In this document: positions 1 through 13,430 of the stretch, piece after piece
Layout of the letters: each line of letters opens with the position of its first letter
Numbering within the stretch: the stretch's first letter is position 1
Origin: Macrostomum hystrix
Lineage: Eukaryota > Animalia > Platyhelminthes
Assembly (NCBI GenBank): GCA_950097015.1
Contig: CATNEN010000003.1
Span: 13,702,001-13,766,000 of the forward strand
Direction of reading: 5' to 3'
Length of the DNA stretch: 64,000 bases
The notes under the pieces: generated by a model
Told to the model about the DNA's origin: nothing
The model's input: the letters and a program-made list of their open reading frames with translations, nothing else
Databases searched by the model: none
Position numbers and translations under genes: made by a program

Positions 1-97
1 AATAAGTCTATTGGATAGACAATAAAACTACCCCATTTCTGAGATCTCGCAGGCATGCGTTTTTTTAATTAAAACAAGACTTGTTGTTAAACAGATG

Positions 98-1037
98 TCA
101 AGCTATGACGGTCTTGTCCTGTGTCCACACAGTGCAGCCAGCGCAGTGATGAGTGCCAATTAGCACAATCGCACCTACTGACACGGCAAAGGCTGGCCAA
201 ATTGCACAATGCTGAGCCTGCTCCTTGGAATAGATCCTAGTTAACAGTACAGTTTTTTTCGGATCCTCGGCCAGTCCGCGAAAGTAGCAGGTGAAATTTC
301 TGCGACGCCTCAGAGTGTGGATGTAGCGACGCGTCATTTCGACATTTTCAACCGCCTCCGGTAGGCACGGGGCTGTGCTGCAGTTTGTCTGGATTGATAG
401 AATGGCTTGGCTGCACTTATGTTTGATATGTACATGAATCTTCTATTCCCAGTGTACAATATGGGTAAGAGATTTCAAAGGGTTTGGGTTGGTCATGTTG
501 ACAGTGTACACTGCGGGTAAGAGATTTTAAGGGTTTGGGTTGGTCATGTTGACCAGTGTACACTGCGGGTAAGAGATTTTAAGGGTTTGGGTTGGTCATG
601 TTGACAGTGTACACTGCGGGTAAGAGATTTATTGGGTTGGGCTGTCAGCTTTAAGTGTTATCAGTCACTGTACATAATTTTTGCAAATAAAAAAAAGCAC
701 CAAATACCTTATCATGATCCAGATAGGTGAGATAGTTTTCATAGAGCACACCTGCTTGCGCCATGCCAGACACATTCACGTTAACCATGTAGCAAGGAAA
801 GCTGCTTTTATCTTTTGCGCATTTGCTTTCGCAGTCAAAGATGCGCTTCATCTCTTCGCCAAGGTAGGCACACTTTGTCGGCAGAAATTGTGCCTCCTTG
901 TAGTACGGCAGAATGATTAGGTAGGCTAGAATGCTGCCAACAATGATGCCGCATGTGATCAATGAGACACAGGTTAGGAAGACGTATTTGGCCAGGCCGA
1001 CTACATTGCACAGTTGATGGCATCGGCGAAGGGCCAT
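98..1037 (-). CDS. BK channel beta-subunit (KCNMB/CaKB)/TipE-like two-TM protein, paralogue A, 2 coding exons, about 206 aa
   Basis: Exons 1037-708 (ends ...DHDK|GT, phase 0) and 388-98 (AG|TNCSTAPC...). Layout is TM1, a Cys-rich loop (KC..FDCESKC..FPCYMVNV..LYE..NCSTAPC..FTCYF..VLLTRIYS), then HCAIWP-TM2. This matches the KCNMB pattern YPCLQVYV..LYH..CSYIPKC..FSCY..VILTKLYS..H.LxWP. Confidence 0.8.
450..640. repeat. Minisatellite, ~51-52 bp x4 (intron of KCNMB-like A)
   Basis: Repeating unit cagtgtacactgcgggtaagagattttaagggtttgggttggtcatgttga. Confidence 0.85.
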
Positions 1038-1664
1038 GGTGATTCTTTTATAACAGCTTTAGTTGTTCCTGTAAAATATTATGTACTCAAGGATGAAAAA
1101 TGTCCTTTCAACCGATTCTATCTAGGAGTACGAGTATAATTGAATATAGATTTACATTTTATACAAGTTTACGCAAAAATTCCAATGACTTTCCTATTCG
1201 GGATTTTTTCCCAATGGAATTTAGGATCGAAACAAAGTTTCTTTTTTAGAAATTTATTGCTTATTTTCTGCGAACAGTACAAATTGCTTCCAGCCAACGG
1301 AGCATGAATTATTATTTAACAAAATCACCCTAACAAATTTGTGCAAAAACTGTGAATTTTAAGGCAAGAATTCGTTTTACAACCTATTCCTAATCCCTAT
1401 AATTTGAAAGGGGAAAATATCCCCCTATCCCCACTCTCCAGATCTGCATTTATTGGCGTAGAATACTAGTGGGCCTTGCAAAAAGTCTAACAGATTTCCA
1501 ACACATAAAATGTTTAGTTTCTTTCGGAGCACCTTTTGTTAGACTTTTGTTCAACCCCGTGTCTTTTTCTAAAGACGGACTTGGAAAACGAAGAGTCTTA
1601 AAAAAAAGAAGGTAAGAAAATATATGCTGTTATTTACTAAGAGGCTTTTCCAGTTCAACTAATA

Positions 1665-2440
1665 AACAGGTTCATCGTACTGTCTAACAGGTTCATCTGT
1701 CTAACAGGTTCATCGTACTGTCTAACAGGTTCATCGTACTGTCTAACAGATTCATCGTACTGTCTAACAGGTTCATCGTACTGTCTAACAGGTTCATCGT
1801 ACTGTCTAACAGGTTCATCTGTCTAACAGGTTCATCGTACTGTCTAACAGGTTTATCTGTCTAACAGGTTCATCTATCTAACAGGTTCATTGTACTGTCT
1901 ATTAGGGTTATCTGTCTAACAGGTTCATCCTACTGTCTAACAGGTTCATCGTACTGTCTAACAGGTTCATCTGTCTAACAGGTTCATCGTACTGTCTAAC
2001 AGGTTTATCTGTCTAACAGGTTCATCTATCTAACAGGTTCATTGTACTGTCTATTAGGGTTATCTGTCTAACAGGTTCATCGTACTGTCTAACAGGTTCA
2101 TCTGTCTAACAGGTTCATCGTACTGTCTAACAGGTTTATCTGTCTAACAGGTTCATCTATCTAACAGGTTCATTGTACTGTCTATTAGGGTTATCTGTCT
2201 AACAGGTTCATCCTACTGTCTAACAGATTCATCGTACTGTCTAACAGGTTCATCGTACTGTCTAACAGGTTCATCGTACTGTCTAACAGGTTCATCGTAC
2301 TGTCTAACAGGTTCATCGTACTGTCTAACAGGTTCATCTGTATAACAGGTTCATCTGTCTAACAGTTTTATCTGTCTAACAGGTTCATCTTTCTAACAGG
2401 TTCATTCTGTCTATCAAATTCATCTGTCTAACTGGTTCAT
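1665..2440. repeat. Minisatellite, mixed 21/16-bp units
   Basis: Units aacaggttcatcgtactgtct and aacaggttcatctgtct. Confidence 0.95.
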
Positions 2441-2635
2441 CTTTATATCTAAAACTTTTATCATCAGCCTGTATGACAGTTTAAATACTTCAAAAGGCTG
2501 TGTACAGCTGTTCAGTCTGTGGACTTTAGGGGCAGACCCACACCCACACTAAGTTGTAACTTATAGACTCCCCCTTCTTTGCAACATCCATTATTTCGAT
2601 CCCATTTTAGATCAAATCCAGTCAGAGGCCGTGCA

Positions 2636-3212
2636 ATGTCGAACATTCGATTATCCGATGCTCTCCTAGCAAAAAAATCCGCTTTGGGCCATAGACAGCA
2701 GCCGAATTCACCGTGTCAACACTTTTGCACAGATTCGGGAGCAGGCAAATGGCTCTACCTTATTGGCGCCACTTTGCTACTGCTTGGCCTTGTAGTTGAA
2801 TTGATCTGCCTGGGCATCATCATTGGCCCCTACCTGATTGAGAACCAGTTCCTGCCAGCTCGATGCCGATTTCAATCTAGTTTCTATCGCGGCGATCAGT
2901 TCTGCCAGGACGTTTTCTACAGGGATCCGACCAGTTTTCCGTGTTTAACTGTTCGAGTCAGTTTTAACGGCACGGGTCAACTTGCGAGCGGTGGAGTAGC
3001 CACACTGTATCTCATCTATTCTTACTATGCTGAAGCTACTTTGCCGGCTAAGGTAAGTAGTTTTTATCGATTTTCGATTGATTAATTGATAGATTGATTG
3101 ATTGAATGATTGATCAATTAATTTATTAATTCATTAATTGATTATTTGATTGATTGATTGATAGATTGATTGACTTACTGACCGATTGACAGACTTATTG
3201 AATAATTGACTA

Positions 3213-3251
<39 letters not shown>

Positions 3252-5334
3252 GATCGATTGATTGATTGATTGATTGATTAATTAAATGATTGATTGATTA
3301 ATTTGCTGATTGGTTGATTGATTAGCTGTTTAATTACCTAACAGTCCTAGCTAATTGATTTGTTAATAGCAGAAGGACCCGCTGCCTACTGCCCAATAGT
3401 TCTCAAACCGATTTTCGTGAAGGTCCATCATATGGATCACAATTTTCCACCCTGTGCGATGGATGAACTAACTTTCCAAGCCGTCCGACGTCAGCATCGT
3501 CGAAATATTCAGCGTTTCTTGTCAAGGACCTTGTAGTTGTAGATATGGATCCTTGTAATTACGAGTAGAATCTAAATTGGTTAAAAAAATTTACTAATAT
3601 AGTCAATACAATGTGATCAACCGACACGGTTACATCATGACATTTAGTGAGCAAAAAAAATTTTGGTCGTTTTTGTGATTCCGGAAGTTTTGTCATCGGA
3701 TAGATTGGAAAAGTTTAATCTGTATTGAAGATTTTCATGACGATTGGTTGAATAATTTTAGGAGATACAGAAACTTATTGGTATTTGATATACCCACGTG
3801 GTCTTCATACAGTTTAGCTAGTAATTGGTTAAAAGGCAGATTGTTTAATTGATTGATTGACCGATAAGTTACTTAATTAGTTGATTGATTGACCGATAAG
3901 TTACTTGATTAATTGATTGATTGACCGATAAGTTACTTGATTAATTGATTGATTGACCGATAAGTTACTTGATTAATTGATTGATTGACCGATAAGTTAC
4001 TTGATTAATTGATTGATTGACCGATAAGCTACTTGATTAGTTGATTGATTGACCGATAAGTTACTTGATTAATTGATTGATTGACCGATAAGTTACTTGA
4101 TTAGTTGATTGATTGACCGATCAGTTACTTGATTAATTGATTGATTGACTGATAAGTTACTTGATTAATTGATTGATTGACCGATAAGTTACTTGATTAA
4201 TTGATTGATTGACCGATAAGTTACTTGATTAATTGATTGATTGACCGATAAGTTACTTGATTAATTGATTGATTGACCGATAAGCTACTTGATTAGTTGA
4301 TTGATTGACCGATAAGTTACTTGATTAATTGATTGATTGACCGATAAGTTACTTGATTAGTTGATTGATTGACCGATCAGTTACTTGATTAATTGATTGA
4401 TTGACTGATAAGTTACTTGATTAATTGATTGATTGACCGATAAGTTACTTGATTAATTGATTGATTGACCGATAAGTTACTTGATTAATTGATTGATTGA
4501 CCGATAAGTTACTTGATTAATTGATTGATTGACTGATAAGTTACTTGATTAATTGATTGATTGACCGATAAGTTACTTGATTAATTGATTGATTGACCGA
4601 TAAGTTACTTGATTAATTGATTGATTGACCGATAAGTTACTTGATTAATTGATTGATTGACCGATAAGTTACTTGATTAATTGATTGATTGACCGATAAG
4701 TTACTTGATTAATTGATTGATTGACCGATAAGCTACTTGATTTATTGATTGATTGACCGATAAGTTACTTGATTAATTGATTTGTTGATTCAATAACTGA
4801 TTGATTGGTTCAATCAATCAATTAACCGTTCGCTAATTGGTTGGCTGGTTAGTTTGTCCATTGTTGATTCACCGATGACTGATAAATGTTTTATGACTGA
4901 TCGAAGAACTAATAATTTTGGCGTCAATTATCTGGTTTATTTATGAATAACTGATTAAATAGTCAACTGATTTAATAACTGATAATTAATAGATCAATTA
5001 GATTCTTTTAAAAAAATCATCCATAATCTTATTATTCTTCAAGTGCGCCTCGAGAATCTGCTACAAGGACAAACTTTTAAGCGCCCGGCAAATAGCCAGT
5101 TTGAATGTCACCATGTTTAACAGGGCCAACAGTTTCCCGTGTTTTGTTCGCAAAGAGTCAATCGGTACTGGTTGGGATGAGTTCTCCGCACTGTGGGGAA
5201 AAGAATTTAACCAGAGCCTGGTGTTCCACTGCATCCTCTGGCCTGTGGCAGCGTTCGGCTTTGGACTCGTGCTCATGTGGACTGTGTACTGTACGGCTGG
5301 ATGCACAGTCTGGGGCAACAGTGTCAGCATCTGA
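2636..5334 (+). CDS. BK channel beta-subunit (KCNMB/CaKB)/TipE-like two-TM protein, paralogue B, 2 coding exons, about 235 aa
   Basis: Exons 2636-3052 (AAG|GTAAGT, phase 0) and 5044-5334 (AAG|TGC; CASRIC...FPCFV...HCILWP-TM2-CTAGCTVW). Motifs PYLIENQFLPARC and FPCLTVRV match paralogue A. Intron position is the same and the last exon is the same length (291 nt). Confidence 0.78.
3075..3325. repeat. (GATT)n microsatellite
   Basis: Degenerate gattgattgatt run. Confidence 0.9.
3840..4780. repeat. 32-bp minisatellite built on GATT
   Basis: Unit gattgaccgataagttacttgattaattgatt. Confidence 0.95.
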
Positions 5335-5414
5335 GTACAAACACTCGAAAGTACGATTGTTAATCCATTTATCAATGAGTTGCGAAGTCTGCGCATTAAA
5401 TCAATGAGAAATCA

Positions 5415-6500
5415 AATCGATTATAGGATTAGCTGATCCAATTAAGAATATCGAGTCTAGGATTGATTAATCCAATTGAGAAATGCGATTCTAGGATTAG
5501 CTAATCCAATTGAGAAATGCGATTCTAGGATTAGCTAATCCATTTGAGAAATGTGATTCTAGGATTAGCTAATCCATTTGAGAAATGCGATTCTAGGATT
5601 AGCTAATCCATTTGAGAAATGCGATTCTAGGATTAGCTAATCCATTTGAGAAATGCGATTCTAGGATTAGTTAATCCATTTGAGAAATGCGATTCTAGGA
5701 TTAGCTAATCCAATTGAGAAATGCGATTCTAGGATTAGCTAATCCAATTGAGAAATGCGATTATAGGATTAGCTGATCCAATTAAGGAAATCGAGTCTAG
5801 GATTGGTTAATCCAATTGAGAAATGTGATTCTAGGATTGGTTAATCCAATTGAGAAATGTGATTCTAGGATTAGTTAATCCATTTGAGAAATGCGATTCT
5901 AGGATTAGCTAATCCAATTGAGAAATGCGATTCTGGGATTAGCTAATCCAATTGAGAAATGCGATTCTAGGATTAGCTAATCCAATTGAGAAATGCGATT
6001 CTAGGATTAGCTAATCCATTTGAGAAATGTGATTCTAGGATTAGCTAATCCAATTGAGAAATGCGATTCTAGGATTAGCTAATCCATTTGAGAAATGCGA
6101 TTCTAGGATTAGTTAATCCATTTGAGAAATGCGATTCTAGGATTAGCTAATCCATTTGAGAAATGTGATTCTAGGATTAGCTAATCCATTTGAGAAATGC
6201 GATTCTAGGATTAGCTAATCCATTTGAGAAATGCGATTCTAGGATTAGCTAATCCATTTGAGAAATGCGATTCTAGGATTAGTTAATCCAATTGAGAAGT
6301 TGAATTCTAGGATTAGTTAATCCAATTGAGAAGTTGAATTCTAGGATTAGTTAATCCAATTGAGAAGTTGAATTCTAGGATTAGTTAATCCAATTGAGAA
6401 GTTGAATTCTAGGATTAGTTAATCCAATTGAGAAATGTGATTCTAGGATTAGTTAATCCAATTGAGAAGTTGAATTCTAGGATTAGCTAATCCGATTGAG
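5415..6500. repeat. 34-bp minisatellite with internal palindrome
   Basis: Unit ctaGGATTAGCTAATCCaattgagaaatgcgatt. Confidence 0.95.
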
Positions 6501-7484
6501 ATAATGAGATTCCAGACTAATCTAATTCATTTTGAAATAAAATTCTAGTGATAATCAATCAAAATGACAAACGATATTCTAGGATTAGCTAATTTAATGA
6601 GACATTGTTCATATGCTCATCGTTCTGGAAGGCTCATTGTTCATATTCTCAAATGGAGGTCAACCATTTTTTATCGCATCATTCGCAAGTTTTTTACAGC
6701 AAAAATTGTTTTCTCTTGTTTCATTAATTTTGTATTTTTTTTTACGAGTATCAGATTCATCTAATGAAAATCATCATGCTTAAAATTTACGTGATTATTA
6801 AAATATTATGTTTTCATTTTCTTTGTAAGCAGACCGTTATATAAAAAGAAAAGATCGATTACATTTTTATGTTTTCCTTTTTTCTTAAATTTTTAAAACA
6901 AAATAAATTTGACAAACATCGTAATGGTTTACTTTAATTGCTACTTATTTTAAGTTATCAGTAGGGTAGTAGCAATCTTAAATCCTAAATAAGGTTTAAC
7001 CCTATTTTTTTAATTTGTAACATTACTGATTTATAATGATTCGGTCATTGAATAAAACATAGGATACGAAAGTACATTCTTATTCTATTCACTATTTTCC
7101 TCTCGAAGTTCACACAATATCAATAATTTTTTAGTTCCCCAATCAAGCAGCAACCAGAAATCCACAACGCTTTTCCTAGAATTGAGCCAAAGAAGGCAAA
7201 ATTCGATACATCGACGGCTTTAGTACCGTTCAGCTAGCTAAAAACCGAGGTATGGGGATCGAAAATTAGGGGAAAACATGGGAGCTCGACATAGTGAGAT
7301 GGGATGAGAACGATCGGTGGAGCTAAGACTTCACAAATCAATTCATCTTAGCACACCGCGGTGTTCAAAAATGGACTTCTGTGTCCGGCTAGTTACTCGC
7401 CGCAACAAAAATCGATTCCTGTAAATCCTTCGCGCAAAATCCCCACTCTACTTGGCTCTTATAGTGAATAGTTGTTCTGCTTGT

Positions 7485-8797
7485 CAGTGAATGAAGGAAT
7501 AGAATGGTTTTCTAGTCTAGCCTCTCAGTGGATGAAGGAATAGAATGGATTGCTAGTCTAGCCTCTCAGTGGATGAAGGAAAAGAATGGATTGCTAGTCT
7601 AGCCTCTCAGTGGATGAAGGAATAGAATGGATTGCTAGTCTAGCCTCTCAGTGGATGAAGGAATAGAATGGATTGCTAGTCTAGCCACTCAGTGGATGAA
7701 GGAATAGAATGGATTGCTAGTCTAGCCTCTCAGTGGATGAAGGAATAGAATGGATTGCTAGTCTAGCCTCTCAGTGGATGAAGGAATAGAATGGATTGCT
7801 AGTCTAGCCTCTCAGTGGATGAAGGAATAGAATGGATTGCTAGTCTAGCCTCTCAGTGGATGAAGGAATAGAATGGATTGCTAGTCTAGCCTCTCAGTGG
7901 ATGAAGGAATAGAATGGATTGCCAGTCTAGCCTCTCAGTGGATGAAGGAATAGAATGGATTGCTAGTCTAGCCTCTCAGTGGATGAAGGAACAGAATGGA
8001 TTGCTAGTCTAGCCTCTCAGTGGATGAAGGAACAGAATGGATTGCTAGTCTAGCCTCTCAGTGGATGAAGGAATAGAATGGATTGCTAGTCTAGCCTCTC
8101 AGTGGATGAAGGAATAGAATGGATTGCTAGTCTAGCCTCTCAGTGGATGAAGGAATAGAATGGATTGCTAGTCTAGCCTCTCATTGGATGAAGGAATAGA
8201 ATGGATTGCTAGTCTATCCTCTCAGTGGATGAAGGAATAGAATGGATTGCTAGTCTAGCCTCTCAGTGGATGAAGGAATAGAATGGATTGCCAGTCTAGC
8301 CTCTCAGTGGATGAAGGAATAGAATGGATTGCTAGTCTAGCCTCTCAGTGGATGAAGGAACAGAATGGATTGCTAGTCTAGCCTCTCAGTGGATGAAGGA
8401 ACAGAATGGATTGCTAGTCTAGCCTCTCAGTGGATGAAGGAATAGAATGGATTGCTAGTCTAGCCTCTCAGTGGATGAAGGAATAGAATGGATTGCTAGT
8501 CTAGCCTCTCAGTGGATGAAGGAATAGAATGGATTGCTAGTCTAGCCTCTCATTGGATGAAGGAATAGAATGGATTGCTAGTCTAGCCTCTCAGTGGATG
8601 AAGGAATAGAATGGATTGCTAGTCTAGCCTCTCAGTGGATGAAGGAATAGAATGGATTGCTAGTCTAGCCTCTCAGTGGATGAAGGAATAGAATGGATTG
8701 CTAGTCTAGCCTCTCAGTGGATGAAGGAATAGAATGGATTGCTAGTCTATCCTCTCATTGGATGAAGGAATAGAATGGATTGCTAGTCTAGCCTCTC
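7485..8797. repeat. 41-bp minisatellite
   Basis: Unit ctagtctagcctctcagtggatgaaggaatagaatggattg, about 32 copies. Confidence 0.97.
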
Positions 8798-9127
8798 ATA
8801 CACTTTCACACACACGTTCACTAGAAGTTGATTTAGCGTGGCCTTGTTGTAGTTAATAATTTAAGATGGCATTGCTGAGAGGAAAAGCTATGGATCTAAA
8901 ACTCACGTTTTTTTGGGGTTGAGTCTAAGCCTCGTCGCTAGTTGATGCGTCACGGTGATGCAGCTCTGGATCAGAGATGAGTTTGGGATGGGGGCTGTTC
9001 TCCGCTATGCCAGATTAAACTAGTTTTGAGTACAATGATACACAGGCTTGAGATGCAGGGGACAGCACATAGTAGAACTTACATTTTCTTAATTCTGTCT
9101 TTCTCGTTATATATCTATATCATTGAT

Positions 9128-12100
9128 AGTGAGATGCTAATAGAGAGACAGTGAGATGCTAATAGAGACATGAGATGCTAATAGAGACAGTGAGATGCTA
9201 ATAGAGAGACAGTGAGATGCTAATAGAGAGACAGTGAGATGCTAATAGAGACAGTGAGATGCTAATAGAGACAGTGAGATGCTAATAGAGACAGTGAGAT
9301 GCTAATAGAGACAGTGAGATGCTAATAGAGACAGTGAGATGCTAATAGAGAGACAGTGAGATGCTAATAGAGACAGTGAGATGCTAATAGAGACAGTGAG
9401 ATGCTAATAGAGAGACAGTGAGATGCTAATAGAGACAGTGAGATGCTAATAGAGAGACAGTGAGATGCTAATAGAGACAGTGAGATGCTAATAGAGAGAC
9501 AGTGAGATGCTAATAGAGACAGTGAGATGCTAATAGAGAGACAGTGAGATGCTAATAGAGACAGTGAGATGCTAATAGAGACAGTGAGATGCTAATAGAG
9601 AGACAGTGAGAGGCTAATAGAGACTGTGAGATGCTAATAGAGACAGTGAGATGCTAATAGAGACAGTGAGATGCTAATAGAGAGACAGTGAGATGCTAAT
9701 AGAGACAGTGAGATGCTAATAGAGAGACAGTGAGATGCTAATAGAGACAGTGAGATGCTAATAGAGAGACAGTGAGATGCTAATAGAGACAGTGAGATGC
9801 TAATAGAGAGACAGTGAGATGCTAATAGAGACAGTGAGATGCTAATAGAGACAGTGAGATGCTAATAGAGAGACAGTGAGAGGCTAATAGAGACTGTGAG
9901 ATGCTAATAGAGACAGTGAGATGCTAATAGAGACAGTGAGATGCTAATAGAGACAGTGAGATGCTAATAGAGACAGTGAGATGCTAAAAAATAGACAGTG
10001 AGATGCTAATAGAGAGACAGTGAGATGCTAATAGAGAGACAGTGAGATGCTAATAGAGACAGTGAGATGCTAATAGAGAGACAGTGAGATGCTAATAGAG
10101 ACAGTGAGATGCTAATAGAGACAGTGAGATGCTAATAGAGACAGTGAGATGCTAATAGAGACAGTGAGATGCTAATAGAGACAGTGAGATGCTAATAGAG
10201 ACAGTGAGATGCTAATAGAGACAGTGAGATGCTAATAGAGACAGTGAGATGCTAATAGAGACAGTGAGATGCTAATAGAGAGACAGTGAGATGCTAATAG
10301 AGACAGTGAGATGCTAATAGAGACAGTGAGATGCTAATAGAGACAGTGAGATGCTAATAGAGACAGTGAGATGCTAATAGAGACTGCGAGATGCTAATAG
10401 AGAGACAGTGAGATGCTAATAGAGACTGCGAGATGCTAATAGAGAGACAGTGAGATGCTAATAGAGACAGTGAGATGCTAATAGAGACATGAGATGCTAA
10501 TAGAGACAGTGAGATGCTAATAGAGACTGTGAGAGGCTAATAGAGACAGTGAGATGCTAATAGAGACAGTGAGATGCTGATAGAGACAGTGAGATGCTAA
10601 TAGAGAGACAGTGAGATGCTAATAGAGACAGTGAGATGCTAATAGAGACAGTGAGATGCTAATAGAGAGACAGTGAGATGCTAATAGAGACAGTGAGATG
10701 CTAATAGAGACAGTGAGATGCTAATAGAGACAGTGAGATGCTAATAGAGACAGTGAGATGCTAATAGAGACAGTGAGATGCTAATAGAGACAGTGAGATG
10801 CTAATAGAGACAGTGAGATGCTAATAGAGACAGTGAGGTGCTAATAGAGACAGTGAGATGCTAATAGAGAGACAGTGAGATGCTAATAGAGAGACAGTGA
10901 GATGCTAATAGAGACAGTGAGATGCTAATAGAGACAGTGAGATGCTAATAGAGACAGTGAGATGCTAATAGAGAGACAGTGAGATGCTAATAGAGACAGT
11001 GAGATGCTAATAGAGACAGTGAGATGCTTATAGAGACAGTGAGATGCTAATAGAGACAGTGAGATGCTAATAGAGACAGTGAGATGCTAATAGAGACAGT
11101 GGGATGCTAATAGAGAGACAGTGAGATGCTAATAGAGACAGTGAGATGCTAATAGAGACAGTGAGATGCTAATAGAGACAGTGAGATGCTAATAGAGACA
11201 GTGAGATGCTAATAGAGAGACAGTGAGATGCTAATAGAGACAGTGAGATGCTAATAGAGACAGTGAGATGCTAATAGAGACAGTGAGATGCTAATAGAGA
11301 CAGTGAGATGCTAATAGAGACAGTGAGATGCTAATAGAGACAGTGAGATGCTAATAGAGACAGTGAGATGCTAATAGAGACAGTGAGATGCTAATAGAGA
11401 CAGTGAGATGCTAATAGAGACAGTGAGATGCTAATAGAGACAGTGAGATGCTAATAGAGACAGTGAGATGCTAATAGAGAGACAGTGAGATGCTAATAGA
11501 GACAGTGAGATGCTAATAGAGACAGTGAGATGCTAATAGAGACAGTGAGATGCTAATAGAGAGACAGTGAGATGCTAATAGAGACAGTGAGATGCTAATA
11601 GAGAGACAGTGAGATGCTAATAGAGACAGTGAGATGCTAATAGAGACAGTGAGATGCTAATAGAGACAGTGAGATGCTAATAGAGACAGTGAGATGCTAA
11701 TAGAGACAGTGAGATGCTAATAGAGACAGTGAGATGCTAATAGAGACAGTGAGATGCTAATAGAGACAGTGAGATGCTAATAGAGACAGTGAGATGCTAA
11801 TAGAGAGACAGTGAGATGCTAATAGAGACAGTGAGATGCTAATAGAGACAGTGAGATGCTAATAGAGACAGTGAGATGCTAATAGAGACAGTGAGATGCT
11901 AATAGAGACTGCGAGATGCTAATAGAGAGACAGTGAGATGCTAATAGAGACTGCGAGATGCTAATAGAGAGACAGTGAGATGCTAATAGAGACAGTGAGA
12001 TGCTAATAGAGACATGAGATGCTAATAGAGACAGTGAGATGCTAATAGAGACTGTGAGAGGCTAATAGAGACAGTGAGATGCTAATAGAGACAGTGAGAT

Positions 12101-13430
12101 GCTGATAGAGACAGTGAGATGCTAATAGAGAGACAGTGAGATGCTAATAGAGACAGTGAGATGCTAATAGAGACAGTGAGATGCTAATAGAGAGACAGTG
12201 AGATGCTAATAGAGACAGTGAGATGCTAATAGAGACAGTGAGATGCTAATAGAGACAGTGAGATGCTAATAGAGACAGTGAGATGCTAATAGAGACAGTG
12301 AGATGCTAATAGAGACAGTGAGATGCTAATAGAGACAGTGAGATGCTAATAGAGACAGTGAGGTGCTAATAGAGACAGTGAGATGCTAATAGAGAGACAG
12401 TGAGATGCTAATAGAGAGACAGTGAGATGCTAATAGAGACAGTGAGATGCTAATAGAGACAGTGAGATGCTAATAGAGACAGTGAGATGCTAATAGAGAG
12501 ACAGTGAGATGCTAATAGAGACAGTGAGATGCTAATAGAGACAGTGAGATGCTTATAGAGACAGTGAGATGCTAATAGAGACAGTGAGATGCTAATAGAG
12601 ACAGTGAGATGCTAATAGAGACAGTGGGATGCTAATAGAGAGACAGTGAGATGCTAATAGAGACAGTGAGATGCTAATAGAGACAGTGAGATGCTAATAG
12701 AGACAGTGAGATGCTAATAGAGACAGTGAGATGCTAATAGAGAGACAGTGAGATGCTAATAGAGACAGTGAGATGCTAATAGAGACAGTGAGATGCTAAT
12801 AGAGACAGTGAGATGCTAATAGAGACAGTGAGATGCTAATAGAGACAGTGAGATGCTAATAGAGACAGTGAGATGCTAATAGAGACAGTGAGATGCTAAT
12901 AGAGACAGTGAGATGCTAATAGAGACAGTGAGATGCTAATAGAGACAGTGAGATGCTAATAGAGACAGTGAGATGCTAATAGAGAGACAGTGAGATGCTA
13001 ATAGAGACAGTGAGATGCTAATAGAGACAGTGAGATGCTAATAGAGACAGTGAGATGCTAATAGAGACAGTGAGATGCTAATAGAGACAGTGAGATGCTA
13101 ATAGAGACAGTGAGATGCTAATAGAGACAGTGAGATGCTAATAGAGACAGTGAGATGCTAATAGAGACAGTGAGATGCTAATAGAGACAGTGAGATGCTA
13201 ATAGAGAGACAGTGAGATGCTAATAGAGACAGTGAGATGCTAATAGAGACAGTGAGATGCTAATAGAGACAGTGAGATGCTAATAGAGACAGTGAGATGC
13301 TAATAGAGACTGCGAGATGCTAATAGAGAGACAGTGAGATGCTAATAGAGACTGCGAGATGCTAATAGAGAGACAGTGAGATGCTAATAGAGACAGTGAG
13401 ATGCTAATAGAGACAGTGAGATGCTAAAGA
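9128..13430. repeat. 20/22-bp satellite, 4.3 kb
   Basis: Unit gagacagtgagatgctaata(ga). Confidence 0.98.

Noticed and set aside
7134-7249. Plus-strand exon-like island (..EPKKAKFDTSTALVPFS*)
   Set aside because: It has AG/GT boundaries but no phase-compatible partner exon was found, so it cannot be supported as a CDS.
7485-8797. Regular 30-45-bp repeats resembling CRISPR arrays
   Set aside because: Head-to-tail units with no unique spacers, no cas genes, and a eukaryotic context.
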